Below are positions 8,483 to 16,827 of a DNA stretch of 64,000 nucleotides, in pieces. A program made the position numbers and the translations under genes. The notes under the pieces were generated by a model. That model was not told where the DNA came from. It saw only the letters and a program-made list of their open reading frames with translations, and did no database searches. Numbering within the stretch: position 1 is the first letter of the stretch; each line of letters begins with the position of its first letter. The stretch lies in IMG/VR virus record IMGVR_UViG_3300010352_002076. One strand, given 5' to 3'. This stretch comes from an uncultured virus (IMG/VR IMGVR_UViG_3300010352_002076) (lineage: Duplodnaviria > Heunggongvirae > Uroviricota > Caudoviricetes).

Positions 8483-9288
8483 CGCGGCACGTAGGGCGCG
8501 TTGATGGCCCTCTCCTCGGGGTCCACGAGGACCCGTCGGCAGTAGTCCCAGTCCCAGTACATCATGGCGACTCCAGGCGCGAGGCGGCGGAACCCGAGGC
8601 GTTCATAGAAGCGCCGCAGCGCTTTGTCGTCCCAGGTCGAGCTGTTGGCACAGAGCCAGATCGAGGGGGTCCTGCTGGTCCCCAGGATCTCGGTGAGCAC
8701 GAAGCGCATGAGCTCGGTGCCGAGGCGACCCCTGCGACAGCCCTCCCGGACCTCGAGGTGGTGGATGTAGTGGAACGGAGGCACCCAGCCGTCAGTGCTG
8801 CGCTGCATCACGGCGACGTGGGCCAGCCAGCACCGATCGAAGCCATCGCCCAGGGTCCACGCCTTGGTGTCCGGCTTGGCCCCGGCCTCGAAGGTGATGA
8901 GATCCAGGTGGGCGACGTCACGGTCCCAGTACCTGACGACCCGGGCGCCGCTGATGTTCTGGAAGTGCTCGGCGTGGTAGGTCCGCTCCCCCTTCGGGAG
9001 TCCCTTGAAGCACGGCGTCTTCAGGAAGGAGACCACGCCAGGCCCGGGGTCGCAGGTCGCAGCGGGGCCCGCTTTGGTGTCATCACCTACGGGAAGGAAC
9101 TTCGGCTCAGGCGTGCGATCCAGCGGCTTCACAGGTTTGTCGACCAGCAGCGCAGCCTCAACCGCTGCCATGGCGGGGTGGTTGCCCCGGGCCTCCGCGA
9201 CTTCGGCCATGAGCGCCTGGGCGCGTTCGTTGTCGACCCTGGGATTCCCGGGGGCCGCGGCCACGCATGCCTGCATGGTTTCGTTCAT
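8479..9288 (-). CDS. GNAT-family acetyltransferase (C-terminal domain)
   Basis: Motif A LEVREGCRRGRLGTELM and motif B ALRRFYERLGF. Confidence 0.8.
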   Translation of the reverse strand: MNETMQACVAAAPGNPRVDNERAQALMAEVAEARGNHPAMAAVEAALLVDKPVKPLDRTPEPKFLPVGDDTKAGPAATCDPGPGVVSFLKTPCFKGLPKGERTYHAEHFQNISGARVVRYWDRDVAHLDLITFEAGAKPDTKAWTLGDGFDRCWLAHVAVMQRSTDGWVPPFHYIHHLEVREGCRRGRLGTELMRFVLTEILGTSRTPSIWLCANSSTWDDKALRRFYERLGFRRLAPGVAMMYWDWDYCRRVLVDPEERAINAPYVPR

Positions 9289-9548
9289 GACTTCTTGATC
9301 CTGTTCTTGAGACGGGTGATGTGGCCGCGGAGCGTAGCAACGCTCCGTTCCAGATGCGCGATGCGATTGTTCTTGAAGGTCAAGTCGGCCTGGCGGTTCC
9401 GCTCGAGCTGCTCGTAGTGGGAGTTGATGACGTGCGCGACGAGATCAGCGTGGCACTCCGAATGCGTGTCGTGCCAGAAGCCGAACCGCCACCTCGACGT
9501 GCTGTCGAGATCCACTGTGAGCTTGGTTCCGTTGCGAACGACCTTCAT
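9285..9548 (-). CDS. Hypothetical protein, C-terminal coiled coil
   Basis: ATGA coupling. Confidence 0.7.
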   Translation of the reverse strand: MKVVRNGTKLTVDLDSTSRWRFGFWHDTHSECHADLVAHVINSHYEQLERNRQADLTFKNNRIAHLERSVATLRGHITRLKNRIKKS

Positions 9549-9940
9549 GACCGGTCCGGATCAGGATGGGCGTCGCGAGGAATGGTCTCGAGCTTCACGG
9601 GCTCCAGGACAGCCTGGATGCGTTCCACGAGGGCCTGACGCTTCGCAGCGCTGCGACTCCCGATGCCGAAGCCTGGCAGCAGAGGCAGGGCCTCCCTGAG
9701 GAGGCCACGGAGTTCCTCGAGCGGAGCCACAACGCCTTCGCGAATCGCCTTGCCGATGACAGCAGCGGCCTGCTTGTCCTCGGGGTATCGACCCCAGGTC
9801 GTGATCCACTCGGCGCCGTCAGGAAAGCCGGGCTGGCTCGGGAGCCGTGACAGAATGATGACTTGGTCGTAGCCGTGGGTCACGGCGACGTCTTCGGCAA
9901 CGGCGACGTGGACCGGCGCCGGGGCAGTGCGTCCGTTCAT
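9545..9940 (-). CDS. Hypothetical protein
   Basis: ATGA coupling. Confidence 0.7.
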   Translation of the reverse strand: MNGRTAPAPVHVAVAEDVAVTHGYDQVIILSRLPSQPGFPDGAEWITTWGRYPEDKQAAAVIGKAIREGVVAPLEELRGLLREALPLLPGFGIGSRSAAKRQALVERIQAVLEPVKLETIPRDAHPDPDRS

Positions 9941-10164
9941 ACCGGGATCTCCTGGATGCCGTTATCCTTCTGGAAAGCCTTGACCGCGGCGCGCTCCTCA
10001 GCGGCGCGGCGAAGCCCGGTGAGGCCGCACTGGATCCGGTGGTGCGCCACCTTCTCGCAGTGCTGGAGCCTGTGTTCGTTGACGATGTAGGCGGACGCCC
10101 TGAGATCCAGGTTGGGGTGCTTCAGGACCGTGCTCACGGGTACGATAGCAACCCGAGCCGTCAC
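9937..10164 (-). CDS. Hypothetical protein
   Basis: GTGA coupling with upstream stop. Confidence 0.6.
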   Translation of the reverse strand: MTARVAIVPVSTVLKHPNLDLRASAYIVNEHRLQHCEKVAHHRIQCGLTGLRRAAEERAAVKAFQKDNGIQEIPV

Positions 10165-10589
10165 TTCTTCGCCTTCTTGGTCTTGATGATCGCGGTCCAC
10201 TCCGCAACGAACCGCGTCGGCACCGGAGCCTTCTTCTTGGCCGCCTTCCAGTTCGCGATGGCCTTGGCCTGGGTCCGCTTCTGCTTCGTGGTCATCTTGG
10301 ACTCGAAGCGCGGCACATAGGCGACCTCGTTGTTGATGACCACTGCGACCCAGTTCGGGTGCGGCTTCACGTAGTTCGGGTTCTTCTCGATCATGAAGAT
10401 CTTCCCGAAGTCGGGAAGATCCGTGGGCTGCGAGAACCCGGGCATCTTGACGCCGTGGTACTTCACGTAAGCGATCCGGCTCATGCAGAGCTGGATCCGG
10501 TAGTCCTTGATGTTCACGGGCTTCTCGAGTGGGATCCAGCCACGGATCCCCGTGGCACGACAGCGATAGGGATACTTGATGTCGATCAT
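10161..10589 (-). CDS. Basic hypothetical protein
   Basis: Start MIDIKY after CAGGAG; Lys-rich C-terminus. Confidence 0.7.
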   Translation of the reverse strand: MIDIKYPYRCRATGIRGWIPLEKPVNIKDYRIQLCMSRIAYVKYHGVKMPGFSQPTDLPDFGKIFMIEKNPNYVKPHPNWVAVVINNEVAYVPRFESKMTTKQKRTQAKAIANWKAAKKKAPVPTRFVAEWTAIIKTKKAKK

Positions 10590-10656
10590 GACTTCGGCTC
10601 CTGCAGCACTGCTGCGAAGTTGACGATGAAGATGGACAGAATGAGGTCGAGGGGTC

Positions 10657-10950
10657 TCACTGCGCCTCGACAGTAGGTTCCGCAACAGGAACCCAGGGCT
10701 TCCCGGCCTCGGCACGCTGATAACTGGCGTATTCTGCTTTGACGTCGATGGTGGTGCCGTCGGCACGCAGCAGTACGACACGGAAGGTCGAAGTGTGTTC
10801 GTGGTAGTATTTGTGCACCACGGTCATGCCAGCGTACGCGGCCTGCATCTTGGCGCGATTCTCAACCAACTGCGGGATCGCGATGGCGCAGATCACCGCA
10901 ATGATGGAGATCACGATCATGAGCTCGATCAGGGTGAAGGCTCGGCGCAT
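10657..10950 (-). CDS. Prepilin-type N-terminal cleavage/methylation domain protein (type IV pilin/pseudopilin-like)
   Basis: MRRA|FTLIELMIVISIIAVICAIAIPQL: class III signal peptide with Phe+1, Glu+5 and Pro+22. Confidence 0.9.
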   Translation of the reverse strand: MRRAFTLIELMIVISIIAVICAIAIPQLVENRAKMQAAYAGMTVVHKYYHEHTSTFRVVLLRADGTTIDVKAEYASYQRAEAGKPWVPVAEPTVEAQ

Positions 10951-10953
10951 ATT

Positions 10954-11406
10954 TCAGTTCTCGGGGTAGCCTGCTTTACGGGCCTTCGCGACGACGTTGG
11001 CGTAATAACTGTAACTGAGCTTTCCGGGGCCCCGGTTGTAGAACTGGACGGCATGCGGCCAGGACTGCTTCGCAGAGTTGTTGTAGAGCCAGAGCAGATA
11101 CCGCATCGCGACGCGCTCCGCATAGATCTGGTCCGTGGCGAGATCCCGGAAGCGACGATCGGGCTCCAGGGCATGGACCTGCTTCCACGCCTTCCAGGTG
11201 ATCTGGAACGCGGAGAGCTCGCCGGCGGCACCGACGGTCTGGTCGACGTAGACGATATGCTCGACACCGTTGACGACCTCGTAGCGGCTCTTGGTCTCCT
11301 GGGCCAGGATCCCGGCCATGACCCAGTAGGGCACCTCGGTTTCCTTGGTAGCGGCACTGAGCGCCGTGGTGAGCAGGAGGAGGCAGATAATGGTGATGTG
11401 CTTCAT
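10954..11406 (-). CDS. Secreted lytic transglycosylase (SLT/lysozyme-like fold)
   Basis: Sec signal MKHITIICLLLLTTALSA; motifs AGILAQETKS (catalytic Glu), GELSAFQI, AVQFYNRGPG. Confidence 0.75.
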   Translation of the reverse strand: MKHITIICLLLLTTALSAATKETEVPYWVMAGILAQETKSRYEVVNGVEHIVYVDQTVGAAGELSAFQITWKAWKQVHALEPDRRFRDLATDQIYAERVAMRYLLWLYNNSAKQSWPHAVQFYNRGPGKLSYSYYANVVAKARKAGYPEN

Positions 11407-11452
11407 AGGGTCCTGTTTCTAACGGTTTCAGAAGGAGCGAGAACCGACAATC

Positions 11453-11761
11453 TCAAGCGAGTGCACGTTCTTCGCGGATGACACGTTCCAGCTCGGCCTG
11501 GAGCAGCGCAGCCGCCTTGACCAGGTTGCGCTTCTGGCCGCCCTCGGGCTTGAAGCCCGAGGAGCACCAGTTCACGGGCCAGTGTCGTGCTGCCGTGTTC
11601 TCGGCGTCACAGCCGCCCGCCACGAGGGCGTAGCAGCCTGCGGCCTGAGCGAGCTCACGGTTGAAGTGGAAGTCGTCATGGGCTTCGGTGAAGCCCTCCT
11701 TGGCGACTTGGCGTTCCCGCTCCACGCGAATCAGTTCGCGAGCTTCTTCGGCGATGGTCAT
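11453..11761 (-). CDS. Stand-alone ERERQ-EG-HDDxH phage domain protein
   Basis: ERERQVAKEGFTEAHDDFH..ELAQAAGCYA...WP...NLVKAAALL.AELER. Confidence 0.8.
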   Translation of the reverse strand: MTIAEEARELIRVERERQVAKEGFTEAHDDFHFNRELAQAAGCYALVAGGCDAENTAARHWPVNWCSSGFKPEGGQKRNLVKAAALLQAELERVIREERALA

Positions 11762-12285
11762 GGGATCTCCGGGATCTCGGGGTTCAGGCGGAGCGGGAGC
11801 TCCTTGGGGACCGTCGTGGCAGCGATGTCCGCGGCCGGCACCAAGTCGCCGGGGCAACCGCCGCGCCGCTCAATGACCCCCACGAGCGCCTTGAGCGCCT
11901 TGGAGAGCGTGTCGCCGACGAGCTTGCGGGCCTTCGTGGGGAGCTTCTCGGAGCTCCGGATCTCGACGCGGAACACAACGGCCCCGTCGAGGACGACGAA
12001 GCCGCAGTACCAGACCAGGACCTCCATGGGGACCTCGGGCTCCTTGGGCTCCGTGGTCGCGACGACCTCCGGGATGAGCTCCTGGGGATCCGGCGGTGGC
12101 TTCATCCAGTCCTGGCTGACCAGGAAGGCATGGGCGACCTCCTGGAACTTCCGGCACTCCTCGACCACGACGGCGCGGTCGAAAAGCCTGGCCCGGGGCG
12201 GCATCGGTCCGATCTCGAACCTGGTGATGAACACGGTGTCGAGCTCGCCGGTGTAGCCGGCGCCCTTGAAGCAGGCGTTAGCCAT
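11758..12285 (-). CDS. Hypothetical protein
   Basis: Tiling; start adjusted to MANACF. Confidence 0.65.
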   Translation of the reverse strand: MANACFKGAGYTGELDTVFITRFEIGPMPPRARLFDRAVVVEECRKFQEVAHAFLVSQDWMKPPPDPQELIPEVVATTEPKEPEVPMEVLVWYCGFVVLDGAVVFRVEIRSSEKLPTKARKLVGDTLSKALKALVGVIERRGGCPGDLVPAADIAATTVPKELPLRLNPEIPEIP

Positions 12286-12454
12286 GGGTGTCATCTCCGG
12301 CGAGCTCGATCTCGTGCTGGACCCATTCCCAGTAGCCCAGGCGGGTCTCACCGTTGGCAACGAGGTAACGCCAGTCCTCCGGGGGATACCCGGGGTGCTT
12401 GCCGTTGTGGCCGCCGTTGGCGGCCTTGAGTTCGTCGACAGTGGGGACAGTCAT
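12278..12454 (-). CDS. 58-aa hypothetical protein (HPGYPPEDWRYLVANGETRLGYWEWV)
   Basis: Hand translation; ATGA coupled; below ORF-track length cut-off. Confidence 0.7.
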   Translation of the reverse strand: MTVPTVDELKAANGGHNGKHPGYPPEDWRYLVANGETRLGYWEWVQHEIELAGDDTHG

Positions 12455-12846
12455 TTCGGATCCGTTCCGTGCATCACGGGCATGATGGTGTACGTCGTGA
12501 CGTCGATGCTGGTTTCGTCGTCGGTGTCGCCGACTCGGAACTCATCAGTGACCCCGTCGGTGATCCACTGACACTCCTCGGCAGTTATGCCGACGTTGTG
12601 AGCCAGGAGGTACTGCGCCGCGGCGAACCTGGAGGTGAACACCCCCAGGACGACCTGCTCGGGCCAGTCCCGGCCGCCGGTGTTCATGCGGCGATGCAGC
12701 GCGAACAGCGCGTTGGCTCCCAGCACCTTCTCGAGCTGGGTCTGGAGACGTTCGATCTCTTCTTTGGGCCCCTGGGGATCTCCGACACCCAGGATGCTGA
12801 TGATGTAACTGAGACGACCAATGAGATCCCATATCGATTCAGGCAT
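12451..12846 (-). CDS. Hypothetical protein
   Basis: AAGGAG RBS, TAATG coupling. Confidence 0.7.
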   Translation of the reverse strand: MPESIWDLIGRLSYIISILGVGDPQGPKEEIERLQTQLEKVLGANALFALHRRMNTGGRDWPEQVVLGVFTSRFAAAQYLLAHNVGITAEECQWITDGVTDEFRVGDTDDETSIDVTTYTIMPVMHGTDPK

Positions 12847-13127
12847 TACGGATGCTCCTTCATGTAACGACGAGCTGCAGCTGCGACGACGCGGCTGCAG
12901 CTGTTCTGGTTGATGATGCGGCCAACCGTGCTTTTATCGACCTCGATGTGAGCCGCGAACTGGGCGTTGGTCATGCCATGACGCTCCAGGTAGAACTTGA
13001 GCTCCTCGCCCAAGGTGATCGGCGGATTCAGGACTTCGAGAGTGACGGTGTCCCGCGGGGCACCCCGCAGGAACGACAAGATGGCGTCGAGGTCACCCTT
13101 GAAGGTGACCTGCACGATGCCCTGCAT
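12846..13127 (-). CDS. XRE/Cro-type helix-turn-helix protein
   Basis: LGEELKFYLERHGMTNAQFAAHIEVDKSTVGRIIN. Confidence 0.8.
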   Translation of the reverse strand: MQGIVQVTFKGDLDAILSFLRGAPRDTVTLEVLNPPITLGEELKFYLERHGMTNAQFAAHIEVDKSTVGRIINQNSCSRVVAAAARRYMKEHP

Positions 13128-13129
13128 CG

Positions 13130-13531
13130 CTACGCCTTCTTGCTCTTGTTGCGCTTGCGGAGCTCGATCTTGAGACGCTCGACGCCCATGTTGAGCCGGC
13201 GCATGAGCTCCTCGAGGCGACCGATGCTGTAGGCGGAATCGGAGCCCGTCTTCACGACAGCGGCCCTGGTATCGGCGAGGTGGCAGACGACGTCGTGAGC
13301 ACAGCCCTCGGTGTCGACACACAGCGTCGCGACGTCAACGGGCATCACGAGGGCCTTGATGACGCCCTTCACGGGCCGGGCCTGGCCGGGCTGTCCGCGG
13401 TCCACGGAGCCATCGCTCAGCATCGTGATGCCGGCGACGCCCCGGAGCTGGGGAGGCAGCTCGGAGCGGGTTGCCGCCACGAGTACCTTGTTGGGGGTCA
13501 TACCTGTCTTGACAGACTTCTTCTTGGCCAT
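13130..13531 (-). CDS. Hypothetical protein
   Basis: GGAG RBS; directly downstream of promoter motif. Confidence 0.7.
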   Translation of the reverse strand: MAKKKSVKTGMTPNKVLVAATRSELPPQLRGVAGITMLSDGSVDRGQPGQARPVKGVIKALVMPVDVATLCVDTEGCAHDVVCHLADTRAAVVKTGSDSAYSIGRLEELMRRLNMGVERLKIELRKRNKSKKA

Positions 13532-13563
13532 GGTTTGTCTCCGGTGGGAGAGCATCACGCGAG

Positions 13564-13578
13564 TTGACCGTCAGTCAA
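13564..13578 (-). promoter_or_regulatory. TTGAC-N5-GTCAA promoter/operator
   Basis: Plus strand TTGACCGTCAGTCAA; overlaps stop of 13571-13825. Confidence 0.75.
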
Positions 13579-13825
13579 CCGAGACGAGCTGTGGCACATA
13601 GGCATCCCACATGCCGCATTCACCGAGGAGCACCCTGCACTGGTCCACGATGCGGTCCAGGAAGGCGGCTGTGGGCCCGTCGAAGCAGGCCAGCTCGAAG
13701 GGATTGTCGTCGAGGTGGTAGCTCAACGGGGACCCCTGGAGGCGGAGGAGCCACTCCCGGGCCTCCTCCGCGTTCAAGGGGGCCGCGTGCAGACCGTGCT
13801 CGCAGACGTCCAGCAGGTCGAACAT
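13571..13825 (-). CDS. Hypothetical protein
   Basis: Abuts MazG-like gene. Confidence 0.65.
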   Translation of the reverse strand: MFDLLDVCEHGLHAAPLNAEEAREWLLRLQGSPLSYHLDDNPFELACFDGPTAAFLDRIVDQCRVLLGECGMWDAYVPQLVSVD

Positions 13826-14344
13826 TCAGCCCAGGGCCTTCCGCTCCGCGTCGTGGTCCCGGTTCAGGGCGGCCTCGGCCTCGAACTTCTTCTTGGCGTA
13901 CCTGGCCTCGAGCTTGGCGATGTTGGCGGTCCGGACCTCCTCGGGGGTCAGCTTGAGGCGGTCCCGGAGCAGGGCCTCGAACCACTCCAGGTCGCCGAGC
14001 TCCTCCTTGAGGTTGACGCGGTCCAGGGGCTCCCCGTTGCGCAGGGTGTGCAGCAGGGCGTCGGCGAGCTCGCCGCCCTCGGTGGCGATGCCCAGGATGG
14101 CGTGGTAGACCTGGGGGTCCACCGGCGCGGCCGGCCGGAAGGCACCATCGACGGTGCCCCCGGGGCGCCCCTTGCCGTAGACCGTGATCTTCTTCAGGGC
14201 ATCCAGCGCCTTGGAGGCGTGCACGAAGTTGCCCAGGACCTCCATCATGGTGGCATGGGAGACGCAGGTCAGATCGATCTGGTTGTCCGGGCACAGCGTG
14301 CGCAGGGCCAGGGCGGGGTATTCGGTTTCGGTGATAGAGGTCAT
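13826..14344 (-). CDS. MazG-like nucleoside triphosphate pyrophosphohydrolase
   Basis: LGIATEGGELAD...LKEELGDLEWF...NIAKLEARY (ExxE/ExxD metal ligands). Confidence 0.85.
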   Translation of the reverse strand: MTSITETEYPALALRTLCPDNQIDLTCVSHATMMEVLGNFVHASKALDALKKITVYGKGRPGGTVDGAFRPAAPVDPQVYHAILGIATEGGELADALLHTLRNGEPLDRVNLKEELGDLEWFEALLRDRLKLTPEEVRTANIAKLEARYAKKKFEAEAALNRDHDAERKALG

Positions 14345-14431
14345 ATGGGGTGTTCTCCTGAGGTGTGTTCGTTGAGGGATGCGACAGAGTTACTGGTTGG
14401 TCCTGGGATCCCGTGGATATACGCTGCAGCC

Positions 14432-14839
14432 ATGCAGCGGATACCTTTGCACCGGGGCCCCGAATCAGACGTGGCGGAGGCACCGGCAACGTTCCTGCTC
14501 GGTGGGAATCCACCGGGGAATCCATTCGCCATTCTACGCTCCGTCTCTGAAGAGGTCCCCGCGGGATCCACGGTGCGCCTCGAGCTCAGAGGTAGTGTGG
14601 GGTCCATCGAGGTGGCCCACGCCGTATCGATCTGGCGAGTCTGTGTGAGTCGGGGCATCAGGTTCACGTCGGTCGTGTTCTCGGAAAGCTCGTATAAGTC
14701 GATGTCTGTACTTGGATTGGTTCGGATGCTTGGGGTCGTGCTGTGCCCGCAGGCCCAACGTGGGCGTCCGACGTGTGCCTATGACCCCACGGATGCGCCG
14801 CACTGCCCCCACGGCGGCAGCTGTCTCGCGACCCCCTAA
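14432..14839 (+). CDS. Lone plus-strand gene; possible STAS (anti-sigma antagonist)-like domain with Cys-rich tail
   Basis: Fills a 490-bp gap with no credible minus ORF; its TAA overlaps the TAG of 14836-15318; VRLELRG...CVSRGIRF...S...SMSVLGLVRML follows the STAS hydrophobic pattern. Confidence 0.55.
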   Translation: MQRIPLHRGPESDVAEAPATFLLGGNPPGNPFAILRSVSEEVPAGSTVRLELRGSVGSIEVAHAVSIWRVCVSRGIRFTSVVFSESSYKSMSVLGLVRMLGVVLCPQAQRGRPTCAYDPTDAPHCPHGGSCLATP

Positions 14840-15318
14840 GTCGGCTTCTTGCGCCCCTCCATGGCGGCGCCCTCGTAGCCCCGGAGCCAGGCCACCCTGA
14901 GGGTCTCGCTGGCCTCGTAGGCCTCGGGGACATCGGCTCGTGACTTCCCGGCCTGCCAGGCCTCGGCGCCCTGCCTGGAGACCGCGTGGATCGTGTCCAA
15001 GGTGACGGCCTCGACGTTGACCCCGATGTCGAAGCTGGGGTCCGTGGCGGCGTGGATGGCCTGCTTGGCGTCGGCGAGCTCCTTGGGCCCCTGGTGGTCC
15101 AGGAGGGCCCGCAGGGCGTCCAGGAGCCCCACCACGGCCCCTTCCCGGATGACACGGGCATCCGGGACGAAGTGGGGCCGATCGGGGTCCCTGGAGGCAT
15201 ACGCCAGGGCAAGAGCCCTGGCGTGACCGTAGTCGCTCTGGGGGTCAATGAAGACCTCGTGGTAGCGCTCGTCGGTCCCCTTGACCACGATCTTCCACTG
15301 TGGCGTCACCGTGAGCAC
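14836..15318 (-). CDS. Hypothetical protein with C-terminal Rmf/CrpP-like motif
   Basis: QGAEAWQAGKSRADVPEAY...RVAWLRGYEGA. Confidence 0.6.
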   Translation of the reverse strand: MLTVTPQWKIVVKGTDERYHEVFIDPQSDYGHARALALAYASRDPDRPHFVPDARVIREGAVVGLLDALRALLDHQGPKELADAKQAIHAATDPSFDIGVNVEAVTLDTIHAVSRQGAEAWQAGKSRADVPEAYEASETLRVAWLRGYEGAAMEGRKKPT

Positions 15319-15319
15319 G

Positions 15320-16771
15320 TCAGGCCTTCGGGGGCTCGACGTCGACGACCTGGGTCGCCGCGGTGATCATGGGGACCTGAGTCGTCACGGTGGTCCCGAC
15401 CCAGGCGTCGACCACTTTCCGGAGGACCACGGCGATCTCGTCCAGGGCGGTGTCGATGAGGACCTCCTTGAGCTCCTGGATCCGGGCTTCGACGACCGGG
15501 AGCGCGATGCGGGCCTGGGACACGGCACCCATGGCGCGGAGCAGGCGGGGGTCGTTGTCGGGGATCTCGTCGACGTTCTTGCCGAGTCCCTTGCGGGCCT
15601 CCGTGATCATGACGAGCAGCTTGGACGCCATCTTGCCCTCGGCGGCCACGATGTCGCTGACCCCGATGCGCGCCGTCGTGGTCGTGCTCCGGATCACCCG
15701 ATCGATGCGGTCATCGGTCAAGGCGGTCTGGGCCCAGGTCACCACGGAGGCCAGGAGCCCCAGGATATCCGCGTTCTCGAAGTTGTCCTTGAGCTCGGGG
15801 TGCTCCGCGAACAGCTTCCGCATGCGGTCATCGAAGTTCCGGGACTTCACGGACCAGAACTTCAGGGCCTCGACGCAGCGGTCCCGGTGCTCCGCCCGCC
15901 ACGCCAGGGCGTCGAGCTCCTCCTCGGTGTACGGGATGTGCTCCTCGGTGAGGGACTTCGCGTAGGCCGAGGACTCCTCTTCGGCGAGGCGGGAAGCCTC
16001 GGTGCCCTGGGCCCAGAGCCTGAGCTCCGGAGCAGCGAGCCCGTTTGCCGTGGCTTCTGCAGCGAACGACGCGAAGGCCTCGTCGTACTTTCCTTCCGAG
16101 AGCTTGGCGTCGGCGATGGTCACGGCCCGGGCCGAGATCTCGGCTTCGTGCTCCGTGAGCCAGGCCCTGACCTTCTCGAGGAGCTCCCCGGGGCCCCACT
16201 TCGCCTTGGGGGTCGCGGGCTTGAAACGGGGGTCCCGCTTGAAGTCGTCGGGCTTCTTGAGGTCCAGGAGCTCCGTGATGTCCTTGGCGATAGCAGTGAG
16301 GTTCTCACGCTCCGCCGGCGAGATGCCCTGCCCGTCCTCACTGGGCTTCTCCACGATGTTGATCTCGAAGGGAGCATCCACGGCGCCCGTCTTGGTATCC
16401 ACGAAGATGAAGTCGTGCTTCCAGAGGAACTTCGAGGCCGAGGTCATCCAGAACTCGGTGCCGGTGTCCCAGCCGATGGGCTGCATCATGGCCTCGCCGA
16501 ACTTGGCCAGGACCTGGTTCTCCTCGACGTAGAAGCCGGTCTGGCACCAGAACCTGGTCGGGCTCGGGCGGCTCAGCAGGACGCGGCCGTTCAGGAGGCC
16601 ATCCATGACCTCGGTCAGGAAGCTGAACAGCTGGACCCGGTTCAGCCGGGCCGTGGCCTTCTCGGCGTCGGTCTTGGCATCCAGGTTGAGGTCCCGGAGC
16701 AGTTCGGCGCGCTGCTGGCGCTTCCGGGCTTCGTTCTTCTGGATCTCGGTGCTGGTGGTCTGCTCGGTCAT
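15320..16771 (-). CDS. Large hypothetical protein (483 aa)
   Basis: Long ORF with strong GC3 bias, AAGGA RBS, promoter motif upstream. Confidence 0.85.
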   Translation of the reverse strand: MTEQTTSTEIQKNEARKRQQRAELLRDLNLDAKTDAEKATARLNRVQLFSFLTEVMDGLLNGRVLLSRPSPTRFWCQTGFYVEENQVLAKFGEAMMQPIGWDTGTEFWMTSASKFLWKHDFIFVDTKTGAVDAPFEINIVEKPSEDGQGISPAERENLTAIAKDITELLDLKKPDDFKRDPRFKPATPKAKWGPGELLEKVRAWLTEHEAEISARAVTIADAKLSEGKYDEAFASFAAEATANGLAAPELRLWAQGTEASRLAEEESSAYAKSLTEEHIPYTEEELDALAWRAEHRDRCVEALKFWSVKSRNFDDRMRKLFAEHPELKDNFENADILGLLASVVTWAQTALTDDRIDRVIRSTTTTARIGVSDIVAAEGKMASKLLVMITEARKGLGKNVDEIPDNDPRLLRAMGAVSQARIALPVVEARIQELKEVLIDTALDEIAVVLRKVVDAWVGTTVTTQVPMITAATQVVDVEPPKA

Positions 16772-16812
16772 GCTGTGTGTCCTTGGAGGTATGGGTCAGA
16801 GATTCGTGTGAG

Positions 16813-16827
16813 TTGACGAGGAGTCAA
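16813..16827 (-). promoter_or_regulatory. TTGAC-N5-GTCAA promoter/operator
   Basis: Plus strand TTGACGAGGAGTCAA; TTGA supplies stop of 16824-17624. Confidence 0.75.

Noticed and set aside
10954..11406. Lysis cassette
   Set aside because: No clear holin or spanin adjacent and context is accessory; not excluded but unsupported
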